Shown one piece after another: positions 24,122-38,207 of a DNA stretch of 64,000 nucleotides. Source of the stretch: Octopus sinensis (lineage: Eukaryota). The DNA lies in contig NC_043003.1 of NCBI RefSeq assembly GCF_006345805.1, positions 54,002,001 to 54,066,000 of the forward strand, given 5' to 3'. Made by a program: the position numbers and the translations under genes. Positions within the stretch are counted from its first letter, which is position 1, and every line of letters starts with the position of its first letter. The notes beneath the pieces were generated by a model that saw only the letters and a list, made by a program, of their open reading frames with translations, was not told the DNA's origin and searched no databases.

Positions 24122-24360
24122 GTGTGTGTGTGTGTGGTGTGTGTGTGTGTGTTGTGTGTGTGTGTTTGTGTTTTTGTCTACCACCACTGCTTTGCAACTA
24201 GTGGTGATGTGTTTACCTCTACGTAATGTAGCGGTTTGGCAAAAGACACCAATAAAATAAGTACCAGGCTTTAGTCGATACATTCCACGAAAAATACTTC
24301 AAAGTGGTGCACCAGCATGGCTGTAGTCTACTAACTGAAGCAAGTAAAAGATAAAAGATA
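23990..24360 (+). mobile_element. SINE family A-related, 3' two-thirds
   Basis: ttggtagacagaaactgaaagaagcc, internal microsatellite, cagcatggctgtagtc...gcaagtaaaagataaaagata. Confidence 0.7.
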
Positions 24361-24473
24361 CTCTTTAGTATTTCAAGATATTTTTATGTAATTTTGGTAA
24401 ATATATCTGTTAAAACGAGACGTAAATGTTGTTTTCCTTTTTGCGTAATTTAGACGGCAGTTTATTCGCCGCT

Positions 24474-24512
<39 letters not shown>

Positions 24513-24515
24513 GCG

Positions 24516-24733
24516 TACTGAAAAAGGGAGTGAAAAGTTCCTGGTTTTAAAGGTCTCACGAAAAGCCTGGTTGGAGGATCAACCTACCGATTTCTATAAC
24601 AGGGTTTAGAAAAACTGAAGGAGCACTGCAATAAGTGTGTGAATCTGAGTGAGGAATATGTTGAATAAAATCATAACTAACTGATCCTCCTGTATATTTT
24701 TGTTCAAAGCCAGGAACTTTTCAGCACCCGCTC

Positions 24734-24738
<5 letters not shown>
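24516..24738 (+). mobile_element. Tc1/mariner internal-deletion derivative
   Basis: Inverted ends tgaaaagttcctggttt / aaagccaggaacttttca. Interior FYN(frameshift)GLEKLKEHCNKCVNLSEEYVE* resembles the mariner transposase C-terminus. TA-rich flanks. Confidence 0.8.
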
Positions 24739-24775
<37 letters not shown>

Positions 24776-24827
24776 CCTTTTTGTATCACCTAGTTGTCTG
24801 GATGTTTTGCGTTCTTGTCCCATTTTG

Positions 24828-24879
<52 letters not shown>

Positions 24880-25331
24880 ATATATATGTATATACACATA
24901 TATATAATTATATGTAATTATATATCTATATATCTATATATAATATATATATATGTATATATATATATATAATTATATATAGTTACATATATATAATTAA
25001 TTATATATATACAAGGAAAATAAAACATGGTAGAAAATGTTAAAATAATTATTTCATGAAATACATTTTGTAAAGGTTAGTACCGGTTTCAGGCTTTTCG
25101 ACTTTTTCATTTAAGAGTAAAGCAAGAAAACAATTAAATTGAAGAAAAAAATTTAAATGAAATGTTTTGTAAGTATTTGCATAGTTTTCAAAAATGTAGA
25201 ATATTTTCCCTTTTCTGCTTCTCCCTCTTTTCCTTTGTGAAGGCTCGGGAGACATCCCCAGACACACTAGAATGAATATCTTTTTCAACCAGGCAAAACA
25301 GATTTGCACTTTGATATGCAATTTAAAAAAA

Positions 25332-25375
<44 letters not shown>

Positions 25376-25614
25376 CTATCTACACATGTATGTATATGTA
25401 AGTATCTGTATATATATCAACTATCTCTTTCGCATTCATATATTAACAGTTTAGATCTTAATTATAAAAAAATATGAAACTATTATGCTAAGCTAATTTA
25501 GTTAATTGTAACATAGAAATTTAAATGTAATAAAATGTTTTATAAAGAAATTTGATGTGCCTACGTGGTAACTGTAAACGTATCTTTGGGGCACCCTGTC
25601 TGTGTATATATATG

Positions 25615-25651
<37 letters not shown>

Positions 25652-25884
25652 AATTGTTAGAGTATTGTAGCACTTATTTCTAGGAATGTTCGTGTTTCTC
25701 ACACCTTAATTACATTTAGTGACAAATATAATTCTAATTTTTGGTGAAACACTGCATATTGCTGTTTATATTAATTTTCTGTATGTACGTTAGAAAATCT
25801 CTAAATCATCCATTAATTTGGATAACGAAAGCATATATAGTAATAGAGAAGCGAGTCCGAAAAGAGTCGAAGTTCGAGTCAGTC

Positions 25885-25925
25885 CTAACTGATGAGACCA
25901 CGGAAATTGCCGAAACTGATGTTAG
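25885..25925 (+). ncRNA. Degenerate hammerhead motif
   Basis: CUAA-CUGAUGA-GACCACGGAAAUUGCC-GAAA-CUGA-UG/UUAG. Core and stem I are present; stem II is mismatched and position 17 is G, so likely inactive. Confidence 0.45.
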
Positions 25926-26086
25926 TTTTAAAAATTCTCGATCGGCATTTTTCGGAAGATGAAGGTCCCTGTTAGTGTCTATGTTTACGTTTATGTGCGT
26001 TGACTACAGCATTAGAGCATTTTAGCTCATATTCTAGCAATGGGGGTGCTTCTAACACGCTACTCATATTTTGCGACAATACATAC

Positions 26087-26151
<65 letters not shown>

Positions 26152-26839
26152 TACACATATCGTTCATAGATTTTCTCATGCGGTGTGTAACTTGCTTGTG
26201 AATACCTATTATTGGGTTTCGAGCGAAGTATCTTTATATTATCATATGAACCCTATATAAAAAAAAATTGACAAAATGGAGATGTTTCGTCATGGAGAAT
26301 AATCTGTAAGGCAAAAATATAGATTAAAACTACAATGTTTATAATGCATTAGTTTGAATGCTTATAAGTTCAAACAACTATATTTGCCCAAACTCACACG
26401 CAAACACAAACATGTCTATACATGAGTACTTATATATGAATATATATTTATATATTATATGTATGTGCGTAATATGCATATGTATGTACATACATACACA
26501 TACATACATACATATATATATACATATATATGCATACGTTTGTCTGTGTTGCCTGCGTGTATAATGGTGTTTGGATTTATATATATATGCACACATGCAC
26601 ACACATAAACATGGATACACACACACACACACACACAAAGAGGCACACTTATATACGCACTCTTACGTACATAGACACGCTTGCTTACAAGAAAGCATAA
26701 GAGCGTTACTGCGAATGGAATGGAGGAGATGGAAATGCGTTTATAATTTCGTAACATGCACGATTTGCGCAATAAAACAAATTTCCGCATGGCTCCATGC
26801 ATCTGAATATATAGACACACACGCCCCCACCCCACACAA

Positions 26840-27132
26840 ACACACACATCCACATTTGTATGTATATATATACATATATACATGCATATTAATATGTAAA
26901 GAAAGTATATTTATAAACATATATATATATAATATTATATATATATATTATAATTTATATATAATATATATATATATATATCTATAAATATATATATATC
27001 TATATATATATATATATATATAATCATATATATCTATATATATATATATATATCTATATATATATATCTATACATATATATATATCTTAGATATCTATAG
27101 TATTATATATATATAATCTATATATATATATC

Positions 27133-27165
<33 letters not shown>

Positions 27166-27210
27166 GTATATATATATATATATATATAATATATATATAC
27201 ACACATGATA

Positions 27211-27258
<48 letters not shown>

Positions 27259-27278
27259 ACCATTTCTCTGTCATATAT

Positions 27279-27321
<43 letters not shown>

Positions 27322-27420
27322 TATATATAGGTATGTATTTATGTATATATGTATGTGTATATAAATAGAAGCACGCGCGCAAACACACATACATTATATA
27401 TATATATATATATATCCGTT
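26840..27420. repeat. Imperfect (TA)n-dominated microsatellite block
   Basis: Directly visible. Confidence 0.95.
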
Positions 27421-28329
27421 TTACTATCTGTATATCTCTATCTTTCTCTCTATCTATCAACCTATATGAAAGCTCTGTTATTCGGCTTCTAAAACAATTT
27501 TTTCTGTCCTTCTCCAGATTCTTTCACTCCATTTTTTTCCTCTACTTCTCGCCGTGTATGTGTGTTTGAGAAACTCTGTTTATATCTGTTCATTCATGTA
27601 AAGTAAACTTGTACGATGTTTCCACATATAACTTTCCATACTTTTGCGTACATGCATGAATATATTTATCGTTTGCATCTGAACGTTTCGTGTGCATGCG
27701 TATTTAACAAAATGCTAATATTTTGCATAGGTTTCGTACGATTTGCGTACCCAAGTTAAATCTGGCGACGTGCTACGTGCAATGAATGCGAGTATATATA
27801 TTTCATGACACATATTTTCATCACCATTTCGAACTAGATGGCAATAAAAAATGATAATAATGTGAAAATGTCGCTGAGTAGATTATAAGAAAGTGCAGGA
27901 AAGTGGTTACTAGATATTTTAGTAACGTGTGCAATTCATGCTAGGTTATTCTCGTCGTATATTTTTCTTCTTGTCTTTCGTTGCTTGTTCGTGACTTCCA
28001 TGTTTTTATACAGTCATTTTTTTTTCAATACTAAACATTATATAATGGTAGTATTTGCTGATGCTTCAGATCCTGCTTCTCCAGTTACCTTCCCGCCAAA
28101 AACACAACATTTACTGGTGGTGGTAATTGTGATGGTGGTGGTGGTGCTGCTACTAGCACTATTGATGCTGCTATGCTAACATGCATGCAGGACTCCAAGC
28201 CGGTATAAATATAATATACATACATGCATAAACCCATCCGTAGCCACCCTCTTCTGCCTACACAGACATATATTACATAGACATATAAGCATGCACACAC
28301 ACACACACGCACACAATATATAGATAATC

Positions 28330-28712
28330 CAAGGCCTGACATTTGAGGGGACTAGTCAATTACATCGACCCCAGTGATTCTCTGATACTTAATTCATCAA
28401 CCCCAAAAAGACGAATGGCAAAGCCGACCTCGGCAGGATTTGAACTCGGAACGTAACGACGGGTGAAATACCGATAAGCATACTGCCCGGCGTGCTAATG
28501 ATTCGGCCAGCTCGCCGCCTAATAATAGATATAACCTTTCTATTATAGGCACAAAACTTGAAACTTGAGGGAGGCGAGGGACACTCGATTAGATCGACCC
28601 AATACCCCACTGGTACTTGATTTATCCACCCCGAAAGGATGAAAGGCAAAGTCGACCTCGGCAGAATTTGAACTCGGAACGTAGCGACGGGTGAAACATC
28701 GTTAAGCATTTC
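28330..28712 (-). mobile_element. Two tandem SINE family C copies (28330-28520 complete to head; 28530-28712 lacking the 5' end)
   Basis: Both contain cgaccccagt/cgacccaat...aaggatgaaaggcaaagtcgacctcggc..atttgaactcggaacgta. The first ends ggccagctcgccgcc. Confidence 0.85.
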
Positions 28713-28727
28713 TCTAAACACACACAC

Positions 28728-28769
<42 letters not shown>

Positions 28770-28773
<4 letters not shown>

Positions 28774-30974
28774 ACACACGCACATAACTACATGTGGTTG
28801 GAAATCAAGCTTCTTGTCACACAGCAGTTTGTGTATATGTGTGTGTGTGGTGTGTTTGTGTATGTGTGTGTGTGTGTGTCTGTGCGTGCACGCATATGCC
28901 TTCACTCACAATAGGCTTCATGCTGATTCTGTCTACCAAATTTCATTGAAGCCATTAATAAATTCGAAGCTAAAGTGGAAAGCTCTTTCCCAGTGTGATA
29001 CACAGTGCAACCGAACCAAGATCCAAATGGTCGCGTAGGAATCGTTTTTGAACCTACAGCCATACCTTTGCCAATATTACTGGTATGTGTTTCCTTAATC
29101 CACAGCTCAGTGGTGGTGTCTACTATACTTTGTCCAATGGGACTGTGGATTCATGGCAAGCCATATGAGCTTTTCTCTGATTAGAAAATACAAAAGGTTA
29201 CAGAGTACTACAATTTGTTAAAGATTTGTTAAAGAACGTATTCATATTTTACCCAATTATATTTTAGATTATGTCATCGATTTCGTTCCATACTTAAGAT
29301 TTTATATTTGTAAAGTGAAGTATCATAGGTAATGACTCTGAAAGAAGATGTTACAAGAGTATAACGAGCTCTATAGTTTTCAGAAATGTTGTATTCTAAC
29401 TCGGCATATTCAATACAAGCCATTTGAATTTTTGCTCTTCGAAAGAGTCAAATATTTCAAGCGGAATGCAATTTCAAAGGAGATAGAAATTCGTGTTTCT
29501 CTATAAATTTCCAACCATCTTAGGAGTTTAAGGAAAAAATGTGGAATTTCTGCGTTTACTGCTAGGAAGTATGTAGATATATGAAACGTGAAGAAATATG
29601 TGTATTTGACGTTTGTAGTATGTGGCGTTCTGTATATGGGTATATGCCTACGCATTCATATATATATATATATATATAAGTATGAATTCGCGCTTGCATA
29701 TAAACATGCAAACTCAATATTAATAATGAAATCCTGTTTCTAGATGTAAATATTGTATAGAGTAATAACAATCCAAAATCTTGTTTCACTCAACGAAAAG
29801 CTATACATATCTAATAATCATTCAAATATATATAAAACAGAAATGTGAGGTCTCAATACGTACAAATTATCGGTCATAAAATCCCACTTAAAAGTGATCA
29901 TAAAAACTCAGATTTTAAATACCTGCTTCAATACATAGAAATGAATATAACAGTAGATAACCTCATCCATAATATATATTCTAACAGGATAAAATATGTT
30001 TTTTTTTGTAAAAATTACTCGAGTATTTATATACGTAAACATAAAATAGGATGTTTGTTAAGATAGATACGAATGAAATTGATAAATGCAGGGAATTTAC
30101 TGTCCATTGAAAACTACCTCTGCTACATTAAGTGCATAAAAATGATAAAGATATTTTTAGCAAAAATTATTTAATATCGTTATTAAGCATAAGATCGAGA
30201 TGCAAACGCAAACTTGTAATTTATAACGATAATACACAAAACTTTACTACGTGTAATATACACTATGAGAGTAAATTTCCACTTATGGAATGTTTAAATT
30301 TTAATAACGCCCACGGACGTTGCAAAATTTCGTATCATATTAATAACATAAGTGACACTGGACATGAAATTTGTTGTTGAATTCTTGCAAAGAGTCTCTA
30401 CTCACACATATATTTACGTGTTGCTCACAAGTTTCTATGTAGTCACTCTATATGCCGGATAAGGATTTCAAACCTTTTCATAGGGTTACACTCTTATGTC
30501 TTGAAACGAACAGATGAGATGGTCTGTGTTTCATGCCTTTGATATGTAGTGACTGAAGTGCAGTGACTAAAGTCCAGTGACAGACATGCAGTAATTGAAA
30601 CGGTGTATAGAGAAGAACTTGCCATGCTGTGATAAAAATCTAACGCAGGAACATAAGCGAAACATAGTCACAGACATGCAGCGTAGTAATCGATGTACAT
30701 CTACACACTCAGAAATGCCTTCCATGAGAGAAAGATAAAAAAAAGGGAGAATAAAACAGAATTGAGGAAAATCGAAACATTTAAGTAGGTAAAACTGATT
30801 TTGGAAAGTCAGCGCTGTCACAGAGTTTTTCAGTTGAGTGATTCAAGCTTGCTTCAGGCTATCACACAGCTGTGAAGTACTATAGAATGCTATTGATTCC
30901 TGATTTCCTGCTGTATCAGTATGAGAGAGCCTGGTTGATTCCATTTTAATCGAAAAAGGGAAATGAAGTAGGTC

Positions 30975-31054
<80 letters not shown>

Positions 31055-31091
31055 TATATACATATATCTATTCATATATGCATATATCTAT

Positions 31092-31132
<41 letters not shown>

Positions 31133-33603
31133 TATATATATATATACATGCATACATACACACACACACATATATATATATACATGCATATATATATATA
31201 TATTAGTTATATATATATATATTATTTATATATATATATATATACATACCTATGTATGTACATTGTATATATATATACATATATATATATAATATATATA
31301 CATATGAATATATACATACATATATATCATATATATGTATACACACTCACACACTCACACACACACACACTCACACACACACACACACACACACTCACAC
31401 ACACACGCACATAACTACATGTGGTTGGAAATCAAGCTTCTTGTCACACAGCAGTTTGTGTATATGTGTGTGTGTGGTGTGTTTGTGTATGTGTGTGTGT
31501 GTGTGTGTGCGTGCACGCATATGCCTTCACTCACAATAGGCTTCCATGCTGATTCTGTCTACCAAATTTCATTGAAGCCATTAATAAATTCGAAGCTAAA
31601 GTGGAAAGCTCTTTCCCAGTGTGATACACAGTGCAACCGAACCAAGATCCAAATGGTCGCGTAGGAATCGTTTTTGAACCTACAGCCATACCTTTGCCAA
31701 TATTACTGGTATGTGTTTCCTTAATCCACAGCTCAGTGGTGGTGTCTACTATACTTTGTCCAATGGGACTGTGGATTCATGGCAAGCCATATGAGCTTTT
31801 CTCTGATTAGAAAATACAAAAGGATACAGAGTACTACAATTTGTTAAAGATTTGTTAAAGAACGTATTCATATTTTACCCAAATTATATTTTAGATTATG
31901 TCATCGATTTCGTTCCATACTTAAGATTTTATATTTGTAAAGTGAAGTATCATAGGTAATGACTCTGAAAGAAGATGTTACAAGAGTATAACGAGCTCTA
32001 TAGTTTTCAGAAATGTTGTATTCTAACTCGGCATATTCAATACAAGCCATTTGAATTTTTGCTCTTCGAAAGAGTCAAATATTTCAAGCGGAATGCAATT
32101 TCAAAGGAGATAGAAATTTCGTGTTTCTCTATAAATTTCCAACCATCTTAGGAGTTTAAGGAAAAAATGTGGAATTTCTGCGTTTACTGCTAGGAAGTAT
32201 GTAGATATATGAAACGTGAAGAAATATGTGTATTTGACGTTTGTAGTATGTGGCGTTCTGTATATGGGTATATGCCTACGCATTCATATATATATATATA
32301 TATATAAGTATGAATTCGCGCTTGCATATAAACATGCAAACTCAATATTAATAATGAAATCCTGTTTCTAGATGTAAATATTGTATAGAGTAATAACAAT
32401 CCAAAATCTTGTTTCACTCAACGAAAAGCTATACATATCTAATAATCATTCAAATATATATAAAACAGAAATGTGAGGTCTCAATACGTACAAATTATCG
32501 GTCATAAAATCCCACTTAAAAGTGATCATAAAAACTCAGATTTTAAATACCTGCTTCAATACATAGAAATGAATATAACAGTAGATAACCTCATCCATAA
32601 TATATATTCTAACAGGATAAAATATGTTTTTTTTTTGTAAAAATTACTCGAGTATTTATATACGTAAACATAAAATAGGATGTTTGTTAAGATAGATACG
32701 AATGAAATTGATAAATGCAGGGAATTTACTGTCCATTGAAAACTACCTCTGCTACATTAAGTGCATAAAAATGATAAAGATATTTTTAGCAAAAATTATT
32801 TAATATCGTTATTAAGCATAAGATCGAGATGCAAACGCAAACTTGTAATTTATAACGATAATACACAAAACTTTACTACATGTAATATACACTACGAGAG
32901 TAAATTTCCACTTATGGAATGTTTAAATTTTAATAACGCCCACGGACGTTGCAAAATTTCGTATCATATTAATAACATAAGTGACACTGGACATGAAATT
33001 TGTTGTTGAATTCTTGCAAAGAGTCTCTACTCACACAATATATTTACGTGTTGCTCACAAGTTTCTATGTAGTCACTCTATATGCCGGATAAGGATTTCA
33101 AACCTTTTCATAGGGTTACACTCTTATGTCTTGAAACGAACAGATGAGATGGTCTGTGTTTCATGCCTTTGATATGTAGTGACTGAAGTGCAGTGACTAA
33201 AGTCCAGTGACAGACATGCAGTAATTGAAACGGTGTATAGAGAAGAACTTGCCATGCTGTGATAAAAATCTAACGCAGGAACATAAGCGAAACATAGTCA
33301 CAGACATGCAGCGTAGTAATCGATGTACATCTACACACTCAGAAATGCCTTCCATGAGAGAAAGATAAAAAAAAGGGAGAATAAAACAGAATTGAGGAAA
33401 ATCGAAACATTTAAGTAGGTAAAACTGATTTTGGAAAGTCAGCGCTGTCACAGAGTTTTTCAGTTGAGTGATTCAAGCCTTGCTTCAGGCTATCACACAG
33501 CTGTGCAGTACTATAGAATGCTATTGATTCCTGATTTCCTGCTGTATCAGTATGAGAGAGCCTGGTTGATTCCATTTTAATCGAAAAAGGGAAATGAAGT
33601 AGG

Positions 33604-33657
<54 letters not shown>

Positions 33658-33710
33658 TATATATATATTCATATATACATATATCTATTCATATATGCAT
33701 ATATCTATCC

Positions 33711-33752
<42 letters not shown>

Positions 33753-33927
33753 TATATATATATATACATGCATACATACACACACACACATATATATATA
33801 TATACATGCATATATATATATATATATTAGTTATATATATATATATTATTTATATATATATATATATACATACCTATGTATGTACATTGTATATATATAT
33901 ACATATATATATATATATAATATATAT

Positions 33928-33963
<36 letters not shown>

Positions 33964-34256
33964 CATGCATACATACACACACACACATATATATATATAC
34001 ATGCATACATACACACACACACATATATATATATACATGCATACATACACACACACACATATATATATATATTCATATATACATATATCTATTCATATAT
34101 GCATATATCTATCCATATATATATATATATGCATATATATATATACATGCATATATATATATATACATGCATATATATATATATTAGTTATATATATATA
34201 TACATACCTATGTATGTACATTGTATATATATATACATACCTATGTATGTACATTG

Positions 34257-34289
<33 letters not shown>

Positions 34290-34707
34290 GCATATATATA
34301 TATATTATTTATATATATATATACATACCTATGTATGTACATTGTATATATATATACATACCTATGTATGTACATTGTATATATATATACATATATCTAT
34401 TCATATATGCATATATCTATCCATATATATATATATTAGTTATATATATATATATACATACCTATGTATGTACATTGTATATATATATACATATATATAT
34501 ATATACATACCTATGTATGTACATTGTATATATATATACATGCATATATATATATATATATTAGTTATATATATATATACATGCATATATATATATATAC
34601 ATACCTATGTATGTACATTGTATATATATATACATGCATATATATATATATACATATATATATATACATGCATACATACACACACACACATATATATATA
34701 TACATGC

Positions 34708-34738
<31 letters not shown>

Positions 34739-34990
34739 CATGCATATATATATATATACATATATCTATTCATATATGCATATATCTATCCATATATATA
34801 TATATAATATATATATATATACATGCATACATACACACACACACATATATATATATACATACCTATGTATGTACATTGTATATATATATACATATGAATA
34901 TATACATACATATATATCATATATATGTATACACACTCACACACTCACACACTCACACACACACACACTCACACACACACACACACACAA
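28770..34990 (+). repeat. Tandem duplication: two near-identical ~2.2-kb unique segments, each followed by the same compound microsatellite (period ~2.63 kb)
   Basis: 28784-30975 matches 31411-33606 (offset 2627-2631), with about 4 substitutions and a handful of 1-bp indels by eye. Confidence 0.95.
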
Positions 34991-35719
34991 TAAGCGTTCA
35001 TATTTCATAAATTTATCAGGATTTACAGCCATATTTATTGGCCTATATTTATAAACGGGAGCAATAATTTCATGCGAAGTGACGTTATTAGTGTTGCTTG
35101 CGTTGTTGCTGTTATTGATGTTTAACCTGAGGTCATCAGTGATCGAACAAATAAATGTATGATTGAATGCATTCTGGCAGTGATAATTCCGCTTTTTTTT
35201 CCAGCCCTAGTGCGTCTTCTAATTCTTAGAAGGTAGGGTTGGGTTTGAGCGAGATTCGACTTCTTTTCCGAGCCACAAAATCTTAGAGTTTTATTGTGAA
35301 TACGTGCGTGACCTAGTTGTTAGGATGTTGGACTTAGGGTCACAAGATCATTGATTTCATTCGCTGATCGGGCGGCGCGTTGTTTTTTTTAGCAATGTAC
35401 ATAATTTACGTTAGTTTAGCAGCCAACTACTGTTGCAACCCTCTCTTCATTCAGTTGCTAAATCTTAGGTCAGGCATCTTAGATAACCATCTCTAGAATC
35501 GGACCACAAAAGACATTGCACATCATCTGCCTGGCTCTACTACTAAACAATTCAAAATAATGGGCCACATGGGCCACATGTTGCCCATGGCTTTCTTAGA
35601 TGCTCTGCTGGGCCATGGATGAAAGTGTCAATAAGACGTCTATATCTACTTGCGACTCCATAGACACCTTCAGGGTGCTGCTGTTGTTATTGACGTTGAC
35701 ACCAGAATCTGGTAGGTAA

Positions 35720-35930
35720 GGCGGCGAGCTGGCAGGGTCATTAGCAAGTCGAGCAAAATGCTTAACGGCATTCCATTGGTCTTTATGTACTGAGTTCAAA
35801 TTCCGCCGAGGTCGACTTTGCCTTTCATCCTTTCAGGGGCGATAAAATAAATTCCTGTTGATCACAGGGATCAATGTAACCGACTCGCTCTCACTCGTGA
35901 AATTGCTGGCCTTCTGTCAAAATTTGAAAA
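35720..35930 (+). mobile_element. SINE family C, full length
   Basis: ggcggcgagctggcag...gagttcaaattccgccgaggtcgactttgcctttcatccttt...aaattgctggcctt. Confidence 0.85.
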
Positions 35931-35968
35931 CGATATTATTCTAATAGGTATTATTGTTGACTCTCTAT

Positions 35969-35987
35969 CAGTGGTTTCTAACCGGGG
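35969..35987 (+). mobile_element. Isolated hAT-like terminal sequence
   Basis: CAGTGGTTTCTAACCGGGG resembles hAT/Charlie TIRs. No partner end was found. Confidence 0.3.
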
Positions 35988-36560
35988 CCCATATGAGGCG
36001 TTTAGTAACAGACCATCATAAGCGCCACAACTTAAAAACCGAGAAAAACGCAAAGTTTCATAACTTTCAGAATGCGATATCTCGGCAAGGAATTAAATTA
36101 GAAAGCTGGTTTTGGTCTTAAAATTACCTTGAAGACCCCCTCTAATCATTTCACCTATGTAAAATTGTTTATTTATGTATGCATCTTAAAGATGAAATAA
36201 TGACTGCGTCTTTCTCATTTTGCAGAATATACCGATACTACGAAACGGTGTATCGCATTGCATATTCTAGCCATAATACCTAGAAAAAACATACAGAGAC
36301 CCCTCCCCGCCAAAGTATTGTTTGTGTTTTAATATTCCAAGGTAAGTATTTTTAAGAAGACAAGATAGAAAGATAGTAGTCCGTTATCGTTACGATGGTA
36401 ACGAGGAATATTAGAAAATGAGCCATAAAATGTGGAAAGACTATACAGGGCCCCACACCACAGTTATTGCTTGAGCGTGTGTGCTTACGATGGTGTGTTT
36501 TGTGTGAGCGAGCGTCGTTTCAATAGCGTCAAGGTACAATGTTATTATTAATAATAATAA

Positions 36561-37009
36561 TACTCTTTTATTCTTTTAATTGTTTCAGTCATTTGACTGC
36601 GGCCAAGCTGGAGCACCGCCTTTAGTCAAGCAAATCGACCCCAGGACTTATTATTTGTAAGCCTAGTACTTATTCTATCGGTCTCTTTTTCCGAACCGCT
36701 AAGTTACGGGGACGTAAACACACAACCATCGGTTGTCAAGCGATGTTGGGGAGACAAACACAGACACACAAACGTATACACTCACACGCATATACATATA
36801 TATACATATATATGACGAGCTTCTTTCAGTTTTCGTCTACCAAATCCACTCACAAGGCTTTGGTTGGCCCGAGGCTATAGTAGAAGACACTTGCCCAAGG
36901 TGCCACGCAGTGGGACTGAACCCGGAACCATGTGATTGGTAAGCAAGCTACTTACCAGACAGCCACTCCTACGCCTCTAGCTACTTACCACACAGCCACT
37001 CCTACGCCT
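36561..37009 (-). mobile_element. SINE family A with duplicated 5' end
   Basis: Full family-A alignment; 36946-36976 is repeated at 36979-37009. Confidence 0.9.
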
Positions 37010-37115
37010 ATAGTTGGGAATATAATTCCAAACTTACAGGGAAAAATTCAATTTAGCAATTCTAGATCAAATTTCACATTATATAATATATGTATAAAAT
37101 TATGAGAAATAACAT

Positions 37116-37660
37116 CTATTAATTAACTCAATAGTGAAAGACATTATCTTCACCATATAGAAAAAAATTAAATATACTATAATAAATATTATTTAAAAAA
37201 TCACTAAATTAAATAAACAATAACTTGACTACGCGCGATTCGTGACTATATCTTTAAATCGATAATAATGAAATAATAAAATCGATGCTATTAAAATTAA
37301 TTCGATTTAAAAATATAGCCACTCTTCAGGTCTAAAATAATAATGAAATAAATGTACGTATCTAAACATATAATAAATTAACGAATAAATATAGAAATAT
37401 ACGTATCTAAACACTAAATAATCGAATAAAACATAATAACATCAATGAAAAAAAAAATCATAACTTATCTTATTGAAGAATTCCAGTTAACTGGAATTCT
37501 TCAATAAGATAGGTTTTTCATAAATATAATTACGTTTTATTCGATTATTTAGTGTTTAGATACGAATTAATTTTAAATTGAATTAATTTTAATAGTATCG
37601 ATTATATCATTTTATTATTATCGATTTAAAGATATCTTTCACTATTGAGTTACTTAATAG
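37116..37660. repeat. Long imperfect palindrome with a perfect 46-bp loopless centre
   Basis: 37466-37511 is a perfect palindrome. Outer arm blocks pair, e.g. 37116-37141 with 37635-37660, and the right arm lacks several segments. Confidence 0.9.
37224..37335 (-). ncRNA. Hammerhead motif with extended stem II (one core mutation)
   Basis: GAC-CUGAAGA-GUGGCUAUAU...AUAUAGUCAC-GAAU-CGCGCG-UA/GUC. A15.1->U; with A restored, stem III is the palindrome ACGCGCGU. Confidence 0.6.
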
Positions 37661-37677
37661 CGGTTAGTTCTCTTAAT

Positions 37678-37711
<34 letters not shown>

Positions 37712-37739
37712 TATATATATGTGTGGTGTGTGTGTGTGT

Positions 37740-37935
37740 GTGTATGTATTTGTCTGCATTTGTTCCCTACTCACCATCACCTGGTAACCGATGTTGGTGT
37801 GCTTAAATTAGCGGTTCGACAAAAGAGACCGATAGATTAAGTATTAGGTTTAAAAAGAATAAGTCATGTGGTTGATTTGTTCGACAAAAGGCGGTGCTGG
37901 AGCATGACCGCAATCAAATGACTAAAACAATTAAA
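37740..37935 (+). mobile_element. SINE family A, decayed 3' half
   Basis: aaccgatgttggtgtg...agcggttcgacaaaagagaccgatag...ggcggtgctggagcatgaccgcaatcaaatgact. Confidence 0.75.
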
Positions 37936-38159
37936 AGAATATCAGAATACAATACCTAATTTTCAATTATAAAAATTCAAAACAATTTTTAAATCATCGA
38001 CTGGGTATGGGAGTTCACCCGGGTAATACAGAAATTATAGGTAAAAATGGTAGACTCGGAGTTGGTATTGTTGACGCTTTGATCATAGCGAGTTACGAAA
38101 TAAACAACATTATATTCTTTTAGACGCTTTGAAGCACAAGTACAAATACACACACACAT

Positions 38160-38204
<45 letters not shown>

Positions 38205-38207
<3 letters not shown>

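Noticed and set aside
30567-30821. 84-aa ORF present in both duplicated copies
   Set aside because: Its presence twice only reflects the recent duplication; no recognisable domain or splice context.
28770-34990. CRISPR-like or satellite array interpretation of regular repeats
   Set aside because: Eukaryotic context, no repeat-spacer periodicity and no cas genes.
33695-35054. Longest ORFs in the track (289 and 420 aa, YI/HT-rich)
   Set aside because: Translations of (TA)n/(CA)n compound microsatellite, with no coding signal.
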